DNA from: Macrostomum lignano
Taxonomy: Eukaryota
Length of the DNA: 41,196 bases
Assembly: GCA_002269645.1 (NCBI GenBank)
Contig: NIVC01002530.1
Coordinates: 1 to 41,196, forward strand
Direction of reading: 5' to 3'
The notes beneath the pieces are model-generated. The model was not told where the DNA came from. It ran no database searches and saw nothing but the letters and a program-made list of their open reading frames with translations. A program made the position numbers and the translations under genes. This document shows positions 11,497-20,703 of this stretch, one piece after another; the first letter of the stretch is position 1, and each line of letters opens with the position of its first letter.

Positions 11497-12940
11497 AGTT
11501 TGGTATGGGGATTTAGGAAGTTAGGATCGAGATCCCACAGTTTAGCATGGGAATTTAGGAAATTAGAATTGAGATCCCACAGTTTAGCATGGGGATTTAG
11601 GAAACTAGGATCGAGATCCCACAGTTTAGCATGGGGATTTAGGAAACTAGGATCGAGATCCCACAGTTTAGCATGGGGATTTAGGAAACTAGGATCGAGA
11701 TCCCACAGTTTAGCATGGGGATTTAGGAAACTAGGATCGAGATCCCACAGTTTAGCATGGGGATTTAGGAAACTAGGATCGAGATCCCACAGTTTAGCAT
11801 GGGGATTCAGGAAATTAGAATCGAGATCCCACAGTTTAGCATGGGGATTCAGGAAATTAGAATTGAGATCCCACAGTTTAGCATGGGGATTCAGGAAATT
11901 AGAATTGAGATCCCACTGCACAGTTTAGCATGGAGATTCAGGAAACTAGGATCGAGATCCCACTGCACAGTTTAGCATGGAGATTCAGGAAACTAGGATC
12001 GAGATCCCACTGCACAGTTTAGCATGGAGATTCAGGAAACTAGGATCGAGATCCCACTGCACAGTTTAGCATGGGGATTTAGGAAACTAGGATCGAGATC
12101 CCACAGTTTAGCATGGGGATTTAGGAAACTAGGATCGAGATCCCACAGTTTAGCATGGGGATTCAGGAAATTAGAATCGAGATCCCACAGTTTAGCATGG
12201 GGATTCAGGAAATTAGGATCGAGATCCCACTGCACAGTTTAGCATGGAGATTCAGGAAACTAGGATCGAGATCCCACTGCACAGTTTAGCATGGAGATTC
12301 AGGAAACTAGGATCGAGATCCCACTGCACAGTTTAGCATGGGGATTTAGGAAACTAGGATCGAGATCCCACTGCACAGTTTAGCATGGGGATTTAGGAAA
12401 CTAGGATCGAGATCCCACTGCACAGTTTAGCATGGAGATTCAGGAAACTAGGATCGAGACCCCACAGTTTAGCATGGGGATTTAGGAAATTAGAATCGAG
12501 ATCCCACAGTTTAGCATGGGGATTTAGGAAACTAGGATCGAGATCCCACTGCACAGTTTAGCATGGGGATTTAGGAAACTAGGATCGAGATCCCACAGTT
12601 TAGCATGGGAATTTAGGAAACTAGGATCGAGATCCCACAGTTTAGCATGGGGATTTAGGAAATTAGGATCGAGACCCCACAATTTAGCATGGGGATTTAG
12701 GAAATTAGGATCGAGATCCCACAGTTTAGCATGGGAATTTAGGAAACTAGGATCGAGATCCCACAGTTTAGCATGGGGATTTAGGAAATTAGGATCGAGA
12801 TCCCACAGTTTAGCATGGGGATTTAGGAAACTAGGATCGAGATCCCACAGTTTAGCATGGGGATTTAGGAAATTAGAATTGAGATCCCACAGTTTAGCAT
12901 GGGGATTTAGGAAATTAGGATCGAGACCCCACAATTTAGG
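11497..12940. repeat. 42-bp minisatellite with a 47-bp (+TGCAC) variant
   Basis: Unit TTTAGCATGGGGATTTAGGAAACTAGGATCGAGATCCCACAG, about 33 copies with blocks of variants; explains the LWDLDPSFLNPHAK ORFs. Confidence 0.97.
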
Positions 12941-12984
12941 AGGGAAAATGGTTTGCAAAATTAAAGTTGGCTTGCACAACTTAC

Positions 12985-13072
12985 ATTGCTAATTACAGCC
13001 GTGTTCTGTTTCACTCTCTGCATCTCAGGATTGTCGCTCACAAAGGTGTAAGCCTTCGGCTGCGGGTAGTGG
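12985..13072 (-). CDS. LASP1: LASP-like exon: end of LIM plus nebulin repeat (HYPQPKAYTFVSDNPEMQRVKQNTAVISN)
   Basis: TTTCAG-type acceptor (TTATTCAG) and GTAAGT donor; 88 nt, phase 2 to 0; resembles LASP1 HYPKQSFTMVADTPE. Confidence 0.9.
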
Positions 13073-13154
13073 CTGAATAAAAAATATGGCAGAGTTAAGA
13101 GTGCATTTTGTATTATTTAATAATGAAAATTCTTGAATTTCAATAAACACTCAC

Positions 13155-13249
13155 GCAGAACAGTATGGCTTCTTTTCCAGCCCCTTGTAGTTCTTCATGT
13201 TGAGGGTCATGCCACACACCTCGCATTTGAAGCATTGCTTGTGCCAAAT
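13155..13249 (-). CDS. LASP1: LASP-like LIM-domain exon 2 ([31 protein letters not shown])
   Basis: Near-identical to LASP1 [37 protein letters not shown] acceptor and GTGAGT donor; 95 nt. Confidence 0.93.
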
Positions 13250-13734
13250 CTGTGGTTATTAACATACAAACCAAGCATTTATAGAAACAATTGTATGCAT
13301 TTATTTAGTAAATGAAATAATTTCAGTTAATAAAGCTAAATGTAAAAGCTAAATGGAAAAATTATGCTTCTTATTTGGACACAAGTTTAACATGAATAAA
13401 TCACAGAAAAACCAATTCATCCAGTTTATACATTTATTTTACTAAGAAATAGTATAACTCCTCTTTCTCACTCTACTTATAGGTGCATTCAATATGTCAA
13501 TCCCTGATGCCCATAGACCCCAATCTATTAGCATAAGTCAAAGAATCAAACCTCTTTAATAAATATTTGCTATTAGCAGAAATCATTTACATTTAGTCTC
13601 ATTAATTAAACTAAATGACTTGCTTGAGCTATACTACATCGTTATCTTAACAATTACTCAATAGCCTAATACTCTCCCTAACAATCCTACACAAATTTAT
13701 ATTAGCCAGACTTTGCCAATTTAAATCTCAATAA

Positions 13735-14119
13735 AATTTTTGACATTTCAGCAATTCTCCCTTAATCTCCCATAACCTTTAACATCTTAGCAATTCCCAT
13801 GACTTTGACATCTCAGTAATTCTCCCTGAATCTCCCATAACCTTTAACATCTTAGCAATTCCCATGACTTTGACATCTCAGTAATTCTCCCTTAATCTCC
13901 CATAACCTTTAACATCTTAGCAATTCCCATGACTTGTGATATCTTAGCAATTCTCTCTTAATCTCCCATAACCTTTAACATCTTAGCAATTCCCATGACT
14001 TGTGATATCTCAGCAATTCTCCCTTAATCTCCCATAACCTTTAACATCTTAGCAATTCCCATGACTTGTGACATCTCAGTAATTCTCCCTTAATCTCCCA
14101 TAACCTTTAACATCTTAGC
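13735..14119. repeat. 66-bp minisatellite, left part (interrupted by a Gypsy element)
   Basis: Unit CTCAGTAATTCTCCCTTAATCTCCCATAACCTTTAACATCTTAGCAATTCCCATGACTTGTGACAT. Confidence 0.93.
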
Positions 14120-14396
14120 TGTTGGGCCTGGTGCGTGGGGTTGGGGTGCGCTTTTACTCCGTGTATTGTTTGTGTTCTTAACTCTGTGCGTGTACTCTTG
14201 GTCCGTGGCTCACGCTCTTTGCACGTCTCTGCTCTATCGTGATTTTAATGTACATTGTTGGTGTTTTAGCCCTGGGGTGGGGGTGGCTACTATTGAACCT
14301 CGCTTGTAATAAATCGTATCGTTGGCGGTCGGTGCACTTGGCACTTTTGTCTTGTCTCGCATACTCTCAGCTCATGACTTGTTCATTTCAACATTT

Positions 14397-14414
14397 TGGC
14401 GTCGCGAGCAGGAT
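14397..14414 (+). promoter_or_regulatory. Primer-binding site, probably tRNA-Ser
   Basis: TGGCGTCGCGAGCAGGAT lies 3 nt after the 5' LTR. Its complement ATCCTGCTCGCGACGCCA resembles the 3' ends of eukaryotic tRNA-Ser(CGA/UGA). Confidence 0.7.
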
Positions 14415-14420
14415 CTACTG

Positions 14421-17400
14421 ATGTCTATAAAGCTACGAGACCCACTGCCTCTAAACAACATTGAAGAGTTGCGGGCATGGATCGAGGTCTTTGACGCCCA
14501 GGCGCGATCAAAAGGAGTGAAGGACACCGATCGCACTGATGACACAGCTGCACATCTGGCGTTGACCGATGCCTTCCTTGGCTGCCTTGGCGTGGCACAG
14601 CTCATCAAAGTGAAGCAGCTGGTCGCGCCCAAACCGCTCTCGCAGATGAAGTGGGCGGAAATCAAGGAGTGCCTCGTGAGGTTTCTGGAGCCCAAGAAGA
14701 GGCTGCTGATTGCCGAGAGAGCGGCTTTCATGTCCATGCGCCAAGGAGACGGCGAGACGGTTGCCGGCTTCGCTGCCCGACTTCAAGAGCAGGCGGTGGT
14801 GTGCGAATTCGAGAAGCTGAAGGGTGAGAATGTTGATCCAGCTGAGCAGCTGATCAAAATGCGCCTCATCGCCGGTCTCAGCAACCAGGAGGTCCGTAGC
14901 AAGGTTCTCGAGCGCGAAGTCTCCGCAGAGCTCTCGGTGAGCCAGATCACCGAGTACGTGCAGCAACTTCAGATGGTGAGCAAATTTTCGTTCGGGCCAC
15001 TGACTGCCTCCGGCCAAGCTGAAGGAGACTCGGCGGTGCATCAGGCATCGCCCGCTAGCCAGGAGGTGCCAGAAGAGGATTCTGCTGGTGCCAACAGCAT
15101 CAACGCGGCTGAGATGGTGAGGCCCAGAGCCGGTGGAGGCCAGAGCTGCCAGCGCTGCGGCCAGGCGCAACATTGCAGACCGACAGACTGCCGGGCCCTG
15201 AAGGTCACCTGTCACAAGTGCGGGAAGACTGGCCATTTCGCGAAGGTCTGCCGGAGTGCCAGGACCCACTTTGTCGCACCCAACGAATCCAAGCACTCTG
15301 ACTCAGCCGTGACCAGAGACGAGCCGGTTTTCTACTGCGGTGCGGGCACCCCTGCTGCATTCTGCGATGTGAAAATCAACAGAAGGCAGGTCAAAATGGA
15401 AAAGGACAGCGGCGCCTCGTGCTCACTAATCTCGAGAAAGATCTGGGAAGAACTCGGCAGGCCGCCACTGAAGTCGCCCAAGTCTCGGATGCTGGCCTAC
15501 GACGGGCACGTGATGAAGCAGCTCGGCATCCTGGAGTGCCTGGTGGAGACTGGCGGCCCTGATGGCCGCTTTGCTGCGGCGGAGCTGCCTGTCATCGAAT
15601 GCGAGCAGAAGTTCGGGTTGCTCGGCCGGGATCTGCTCAGCTTGCTGCCAGCTCACCACTCAGATGAGGCCAAGCCGCCCAGCAACAACAGGTACGAGAG
15701 CTTGTTGGGCATCAAGGGAGCAGTTGGCGAGATCCTGTTGAAGGCGGGAGCCAGGCCGATTTTCCAACCAGCCAGAGAGCTGGCGCTGGCGCTGCATCCA
15801 CTGGTGAAGAAGGAGCTGGACCTGATGGAGAAGGCGGGCATAGTTGAGAAGGTGACGTCCTCAGAGTGGGGCAGCCCCATAGTGGTGACGGTGAAATCCG
15901 ACAAGATGTCTGTGAGGATCTGCGGAGACTACACTGCTGTCAATCAGTGGGTGCAGGACCAGACGTACTTGACTCCATCCATCGAGACAGCCTTCTCAAA
16001 GATGGCAAACAAGAAGTTGTTCTGCCGACTGGATTTATCTGACGCTTATTATCAGGTTCCGCTGGAAAACGAGTCAAAAGACATCACCACGATCAACACC
16101 CCTTTCGGCTGCTACCGCTTTAACAGGCTGCCGTACGGCATCAAGGTTTCTCCGTCTGTGTTCCAGCGCGAGATGGAGAAGCTGCTGGGTGAGCACCCAA
16201 GTGTCATCGTGTACCAGGATGATGTGCTCATGGGAGCAGTGTCAAAGGCAGAGCTGCAGAATATCAGAGAGAAGGTGCTGGACAAGCTGAGGGCGGCTAA
16301 TGTGAAAATCAACAAAGCGAAGTGCATTTTGGAGGCCAGAAGCCTAAAGTTCCTGGGCCACATCATCGATGAAGAGGGGATCAAGCCGGATCCGGGAATG
16401 GTGCAGAAGATTCAGGATGTGGAGGCTCCGAAAAGCAAGAAGGATCTAGAGCGGTTTCTGGGCTTGGCGCAGTTCTATGGTCGGTTGGTTCCCAACTTTG
16501 CTGAGAAGTGTCGGCCTCTGCAAGAACTTCGTCGAGCGGACCGTGTGTTTGACTGGAGTGCGGCTGCCGAGGCAGCGTTCACCAATGTGAAGCAGAGCCT
16601 GAGCTCGAATCCGTGTGTGAAACCGTTTGACGTCAACTCGCCGGTGTGTCTGCGGGTGGATGCCAGCGAGCAGTCTCTGGGCGCTGTGCTGGTGCAGTCA
16701 GGGCACCCAGTCATGTACCTCTCTCGGGCGCTGACCAAGTCTGAGGCCAACTACTCCAACATTGAGCGGGAGGCTCTGGCCATTGTCTGGGCAGTGGAGC
16801 GAGCCCGCAAGATGCTCCTGGGGAAGAGGTTCACACTCCAGACTGACCACGAGCCACTGAAGTACATCTTCAATCCCAGCAAGAACCTTCCTAAAACAGT
16901 GTCGGCAAGACTAACTCGCTGGGCCCTGCGACTATCTGCTTTTGACTACGAAGTTGAGTATGTGCCAGGAAGACTGATGGTGGATGCGGATGCCTTGTCT
17001 CGTTTGAGTTTTGCTGCCCAAGACCCTCCAAGTGACGCCATGCACCAGTTGGAGCATGAAAAGGTCGTGTCAGAAGGAGCTCTTGTGACTCTGCAGGATC
17101 TTCGTGAGGGAACCAGGATGTGCGCGTTGATGAAGCGGCTGCAGCAGAGGATCAGAACAGGCCGGTGGGGCCAGGTGTCGCAGGTGGAGAGGCCGTACAA
17201 AGCGTGCCGGGAGGCGCTGTCGGTGGAAGATGGTCTGGTGATCCACGGAACCAGAATTGTGCCCCCACCTGTTCTCCGCAGGCGCATTCTGGAGGTGGCG
17301 CACGACGAGGTGCATCCGAGCGCCGACAACACCAAGGCGCACATCTCCAAGGAGTTCTGGTGGCCGGGTCTTGATCGCGATGTTCGCAGCTTTGTGGAGC

Positions 17401-18095
17401 GCTGCCAGCAGTGTTCAGAAACTCGGCCAGTCCTGCAGCGAAGAATCGACACCTGGCCAGCCGAGAGTGAGCCATGGTCCCGGGTTCACATGGACCATTG
17501 TGAGATTTCTGGTGTCGGCCTGCTACTGTTGCTGTCGGACTCCTACTCCGGGTGGCCTGAGGCGATTCAGGTGCCAGACCGAACTGCGGACAGTGTCCTG
17601 CGGGTTTTGAGAGCGGTATTTGCCAGGAACGGAGTGCTTCGGACGCTGGTGTCGGACAATGCGCCGGAGTTCAAGTCGGAGAAAGTGTCCCAGTGGCTGC
17701 GCAGCATCGGGTGCCAGGAGCTGCACACTCCACCGTACCATCCGGCCTCGAACGGTCAGGCAGAAAGGCTGGTGAGGATCATCAAGGATGGACTCAAGGC
17801 GTGGACGAAGATAGTGCCGTTCGACCACTTCCTGCAGAAACTGCTGCTGACGATCAGGACCAGCCGGCCCAGTGGAAATAGAGCGGCATCTCCGGACGTT
17901 CTGATGTGGGGTCGTCGCCTTCGCCACCCGCTAACCATGACTGAGCAGGTGGGCGATCCAATCTGGCTGAGGATGCGTCCGGGATTTTCGCCGGTTCCGG
18001 GCAAGTTCGTGGTGCAGCACGGCCAGAACACGGCTCTGGTAGCCCCTGCGGACCAATCGGACGGCGGCCTGCGGCTGGCGCACTCAAATCAGTGA
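14421..18095 (+). CDS. Gag-Pol polyprotein (1224 aa): gag with two Zn knuckles, protease, RT, RNase H, integrase
   Basis: CHKCGKTGHFAKVC knuckle; protease DSGAS; RT RICGDY/LDLSDAYYQ/YQDD; RNase H DAS…IEREAL…TDH; integrase H..H/CQQC, HMDH, SDNAPEF, GQAER. First ATG after the PBS is at 14421. Confidence 0.95.
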   Translation: MSIKLRDPLPLNNIEELRAWIEVFDAQARSKGVKDTDRTDDTAAHLALTDAFLGCLGVAQLIKVKQLVAPKPLSQMKWAEIKECLVRFLEPKKRLLIAERAAFMSMRQGDGETVAGFAARLQEQAVVCEFEKLKGENVDPAEQLIKMRLIAGLSNQEVRSKVLEREVSAELSVSQITEYVQQLQMVSKFSFGPLTASGQAEGDSAVHQASPASQEVPEEDSAGANSINAAEMVRPRAGGGQSCQRCGQAQHCRPTDCRALKVTCHKCGKTGHFAKVCRSARTHFVAPNESKHSDSAVTRDEPVFYCGAGTPAAFCDVKINRRQVKMEKDSGASCSLISRKIWEELGRPPLKSPKSRMLAYDGHVMKQLGILECLVETGGPDGRFAAAELPVIECEQKFGLLGRDLLSLLPAHHSDEAKPPSNNRYESLLGIKGAVGEILLKAGARPIFQPARELALALHPLVKKELDLMEKAGIVEKVTSSEWGSPIVVTVKSDKMSVRICGDYTAVNQWVQDQTYLTPSIETAFSKMANKKLFCRLDLSDAYYQVPLENESKDITTINTPFGCYRFNRLPYGIKVSPSVFQREMEKLLGEHPSVIVYQDDVLMGAVSKAELQNIREKVLDKLRAANVKINKAKCILEARSLKFLGHIIDEEGIKPDPGMVQKIQDVEAPKSKKDLERFLGLAQFYGRLVPNFAEKCRPLQELRRADRVFDWSAAAEAAFTNVKQSLSSNPCVKPFDVNSPVCLRVDASEQSLGAVLVQSGHPVMYLSRALTKSEANYSNIEREALAIVWAVERARKMLLGKRFTLQTDHEPLKYIFNPSKNLPKTVSARLTRWALRLSAFDYEVEYVPGRLMVDADALSRLSFAAQDPPSDAMHQLEHEKVVSEGALVTLQDLREGTRMCALMKRLQQRIRTGRWGQVSQVERPYKACREALSVEDGLVIHGTRIVPPPVLRRRILEVAHDEVHPSADNTKAHISKEFWWPGLDRDVRSFVERCQQCSETRPVLQRRIDTWPAESEPWSRVHMDHCEISGVGLLLLLSDSYSGWPEAIQVPDRTADSVLRVLRAVFARNGVLRTLVSDNAPEFKSEKVSQWLRSIGCQELHTPPYHPASNGQAERLVRIIKDGLKAWTKIVPFDHFLQKLLLTIRTSRPSGNRAASPDVLMWGRRLRHPLTMTEQVGDPIWLRMRPGFSPVPGKFVVQHGQNTALVAPADQSDGGLRLAHSNQ

Positions 18096-18346
18096 ACCGG
18101 CCGGCCGAGTGCGCCTGGGTCGCCTGAGGGGGCTGAACCTGAGGCGGAGTTGCCGGAGCAGCTTCCTGGCGCCATGGTTGAGCACCTTCCTGATCCGGAA
18201 CCAACGGTGGCGCCAATGAACAGTGGCCAGCGAGAGCCGTACGAGCTTCGGCCTCGCCAGCCTGTCTGCTATAAAGTCTAGTGACTCTTTGTGACTGTAC
18301 TTGACTCTTTGATTTTGTTCTTGTGGTTTCAGTCTTTGTTTGCTTT

Positions 18347-18358
18347 GGCGGGGGGCAG
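18347..18358 (+). promoter_or_regulatory. Polypurine tract of Gypsy element 1
   Basis: GGCGGGGGGCAG directly precedes the 3' LTR. Confidence 0.75.
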
Positions 18359-18632
18359 TGTTGGGCCTGGTGCGTGGGGTTGGGGTGCGCTTTTACTCCA
18401 TGTATTGTTTGTGTTCTTAACTCTGTGCGTGTACTCTTGGTCCGTGGCTCACGCTCTTTGCACGTCTCTGCTCTATCGTGATTTTAATGTACATTGTTGG
18501 TGTTTTAGCCCTGGGGTGGGGGTGGCTACTATTGAACCTCGCTTGTAATAAATCGTATCGTTGGCGGTCGGTGCACTTGGCACTTTTGTCTTGTCTCGCA
18601 TACTCTCAGCTCATGACTTGTTCATTTCAACA

Positions 18633-19070
18633 TTAGCAATTCCCATGACTTGTGACATCTCAGTAATTCTCCCTTAATCTCCCATAACCTTTAACATCTT
18701 AGCAATTCCCATGACTTGTGATATCTCAGTAATTCTCCCTTAATCTCCCATAACCTTTAACATCTTAGCAATTCCCATGACTTGTGACATCTCAGTAATT
18801 CTCCCTTAATCTCCCATAACCTTTAACATCTTAGCAATTCCCATGACTTGTGACATCTCAGTAATTCTCCCTTAATCTCCCATAACCTTTAACATCTTAG
18901 CAATTCCCATGACTTGTGACATCTCAGTAATTCTCCCTTAATCTCCCACAACTTTTAACATCTTAGCAATTCCCATGACTTGTGATATCTCAGCAATTCT
19001 CCCTTAATCTCCCATAACCTTTAACATCTTAGCAATTCCCATGACTCGTGACATCTTAGTAATTCTCTCA
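18633..19070. repeat. 66-bp minisatellite, right part
   Basis: Same unit as 13735-14119, resuming in register after the TSD; degenerate sub-units continue to about 19500. Confidence 0.93.
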
Positions 19071-20062
19071 TGAATATTTTATTTATAGTTAACATAAATA
19101 TTGTTTTATAATTGAAACAAGCCATTTTCTCCATGAGAAAACTCCATCATTTCTTCCAATGAGCCTTAAAAAAGTTAGCAATTCTTGTATTAATCTTTTT
19201 GGTCAACAAGCAAATTCTTTCAAGTTGAACTTTTATATATTTTAAAAATCCTGACCATAGCTCTTACTATAAACTACCTTATCTAAAATCCTGCTGAAAG
19301 TCAGGATTTTAGCCATTTACCCTTATGAGCCTTGATATCTTAATGATTCTCTTTTTATAAACATTGAGATCTTCGAAATTCCCTTTATAAGCCTTAATAA
19401 CTTAGTAGTTCCTTCCATAAGCTTTGATATCTTAGCCATTTTTCCTATAAACCTTGACATCTTAATAGCTAGTTATCCCTTTGAGCCTTGATATATCACA
19501 GTGAAAGCTTATCTTTCATTTTTGATATGATATTTTCTATTATAAATATGATGCTTTAGCTATTCTTTATTTCTTTTTTGAGTTTTCTTTGCTAAAAAAC
19601 TTTTAATATTAAATATTTTATAGCTAAGATTCAAACCTAAGGCTATGTCACTTATTTATAATTCAGTCTATTTATATCTAAGCTAGCTCAAATCCAACTG
19701 ATCACATGATTCATAAATTATACTTACTTATAATTTAACATTCATATTTACTAAATTACAATAAAAGTTATATGAAACAGTTATTGACATAATTTATATA
19801 TTTTATCATGTATGATTTCTATATTTTATATTATACATAATAAAAAAATAGTCAATGAATCAGTTTATTAAAGCTCATACTATAGTTGCATAATTTTAAT
19901 AAACTTATACTTTGCTTTTATGTTATATTTTTTACCTATTATGATAGGGGGCCTAATAAAATCTTTATTAGTTATATATGGCAATATTAAATATAATATA
20001 TAGGGCTATGCACATCTTATAATAAATTCTCTTAATAGAGCATTTATTAATAAAACTGATAT

Positions 20063-20703
20063 TGAAGTGACACATTTTGGCTCTAGAAAGTTCCTATCCA
20101 GATTGAATGTATTTTAACCAATGAATGCGCTCCAAATAGCAAAAGCTGAGGACACAACCCCAACGTCAACCAATGAAAAGCAGTTTTGTACCATCTAATG
20201 CAATTAAGACTGAAAAGTACTATAAAAGCTCATGTTAACCAAGCAAAAAGCTCGCCTCTCCACGCCCTTGCCTCTCTTTTGCCTTTCTCCTAGCCTACCT
20301 CCTTTGACTATTTTTGATTGACATAATTAGGGTCTCAACCCAAATGCTAAAACTGATAAATTGACTTACTAAAGCTAAACCAACACTAATCCACGTTTTA
20401 CAATAGACTGAACCTTCGGTTCACTCGAACAACTAGAAATACCTTGTGACTTAAATCGAACGAGCTTCTTATTTGGAATCCCATCTTAGACATTATATTT
20501 TGTGAAATAACATCTCAAGATTGTGACCATCAAATACAATGGTCTGTAAGTTAACATCAAGTGTTTGCATCATCAGGAAAAGTCAGTTGAATCCGCCGCC
20601 TCAGTTATTTGGCTCTCACATTGATATTTGAAGTAGAACAAGAGCTATAGAAGTGAGAGACCAGAAAAAGAACAATAACCCACATATATTTTAAAATATT
20701 TAA
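20063..20703 (+). mobile_element. Solo LTR of the Gypsy-2 family
   Basis: About 94% identical by eye to the reverse complement of 33753-34410. Starts TGAA; flanked by ATAT at 20059-20062 and 20704-20707 (4-bp TSD); contains two CCAAT boxes and TATAAAA. Confidence 0.88.

Larger units (their letters stand above)
14120..18632 (+). mobile_element. Full-length Ty3/gypsy LTR retrotransposon (Mag/K02A2.6-like), 4513 bp
   Basis: 274-bp LTRs TGTTG…CAACA at 14120-14393 and 18359-18632 with one mismatch; 5-bp TSD TTAGC (14115-14119 and 18633-18637); PBS, PPT and a single gag-pol ORF. Confidence 0.97.

Noticed and set aside
14322-14420. N-terminal extension of gag-pol from the TTG at 14322
   Set aside because: It lies within the LTR and PBS; the first ATG at 14421 is the more plausible start.
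14372-18216. Many short antisense or alternate-frame ORFs over Gypsy-1 gag-pol (similarly over the USP10 exons and Gypsy-2 pol)
   Set aside because: Expected by-products of GC-rich coding sequence.
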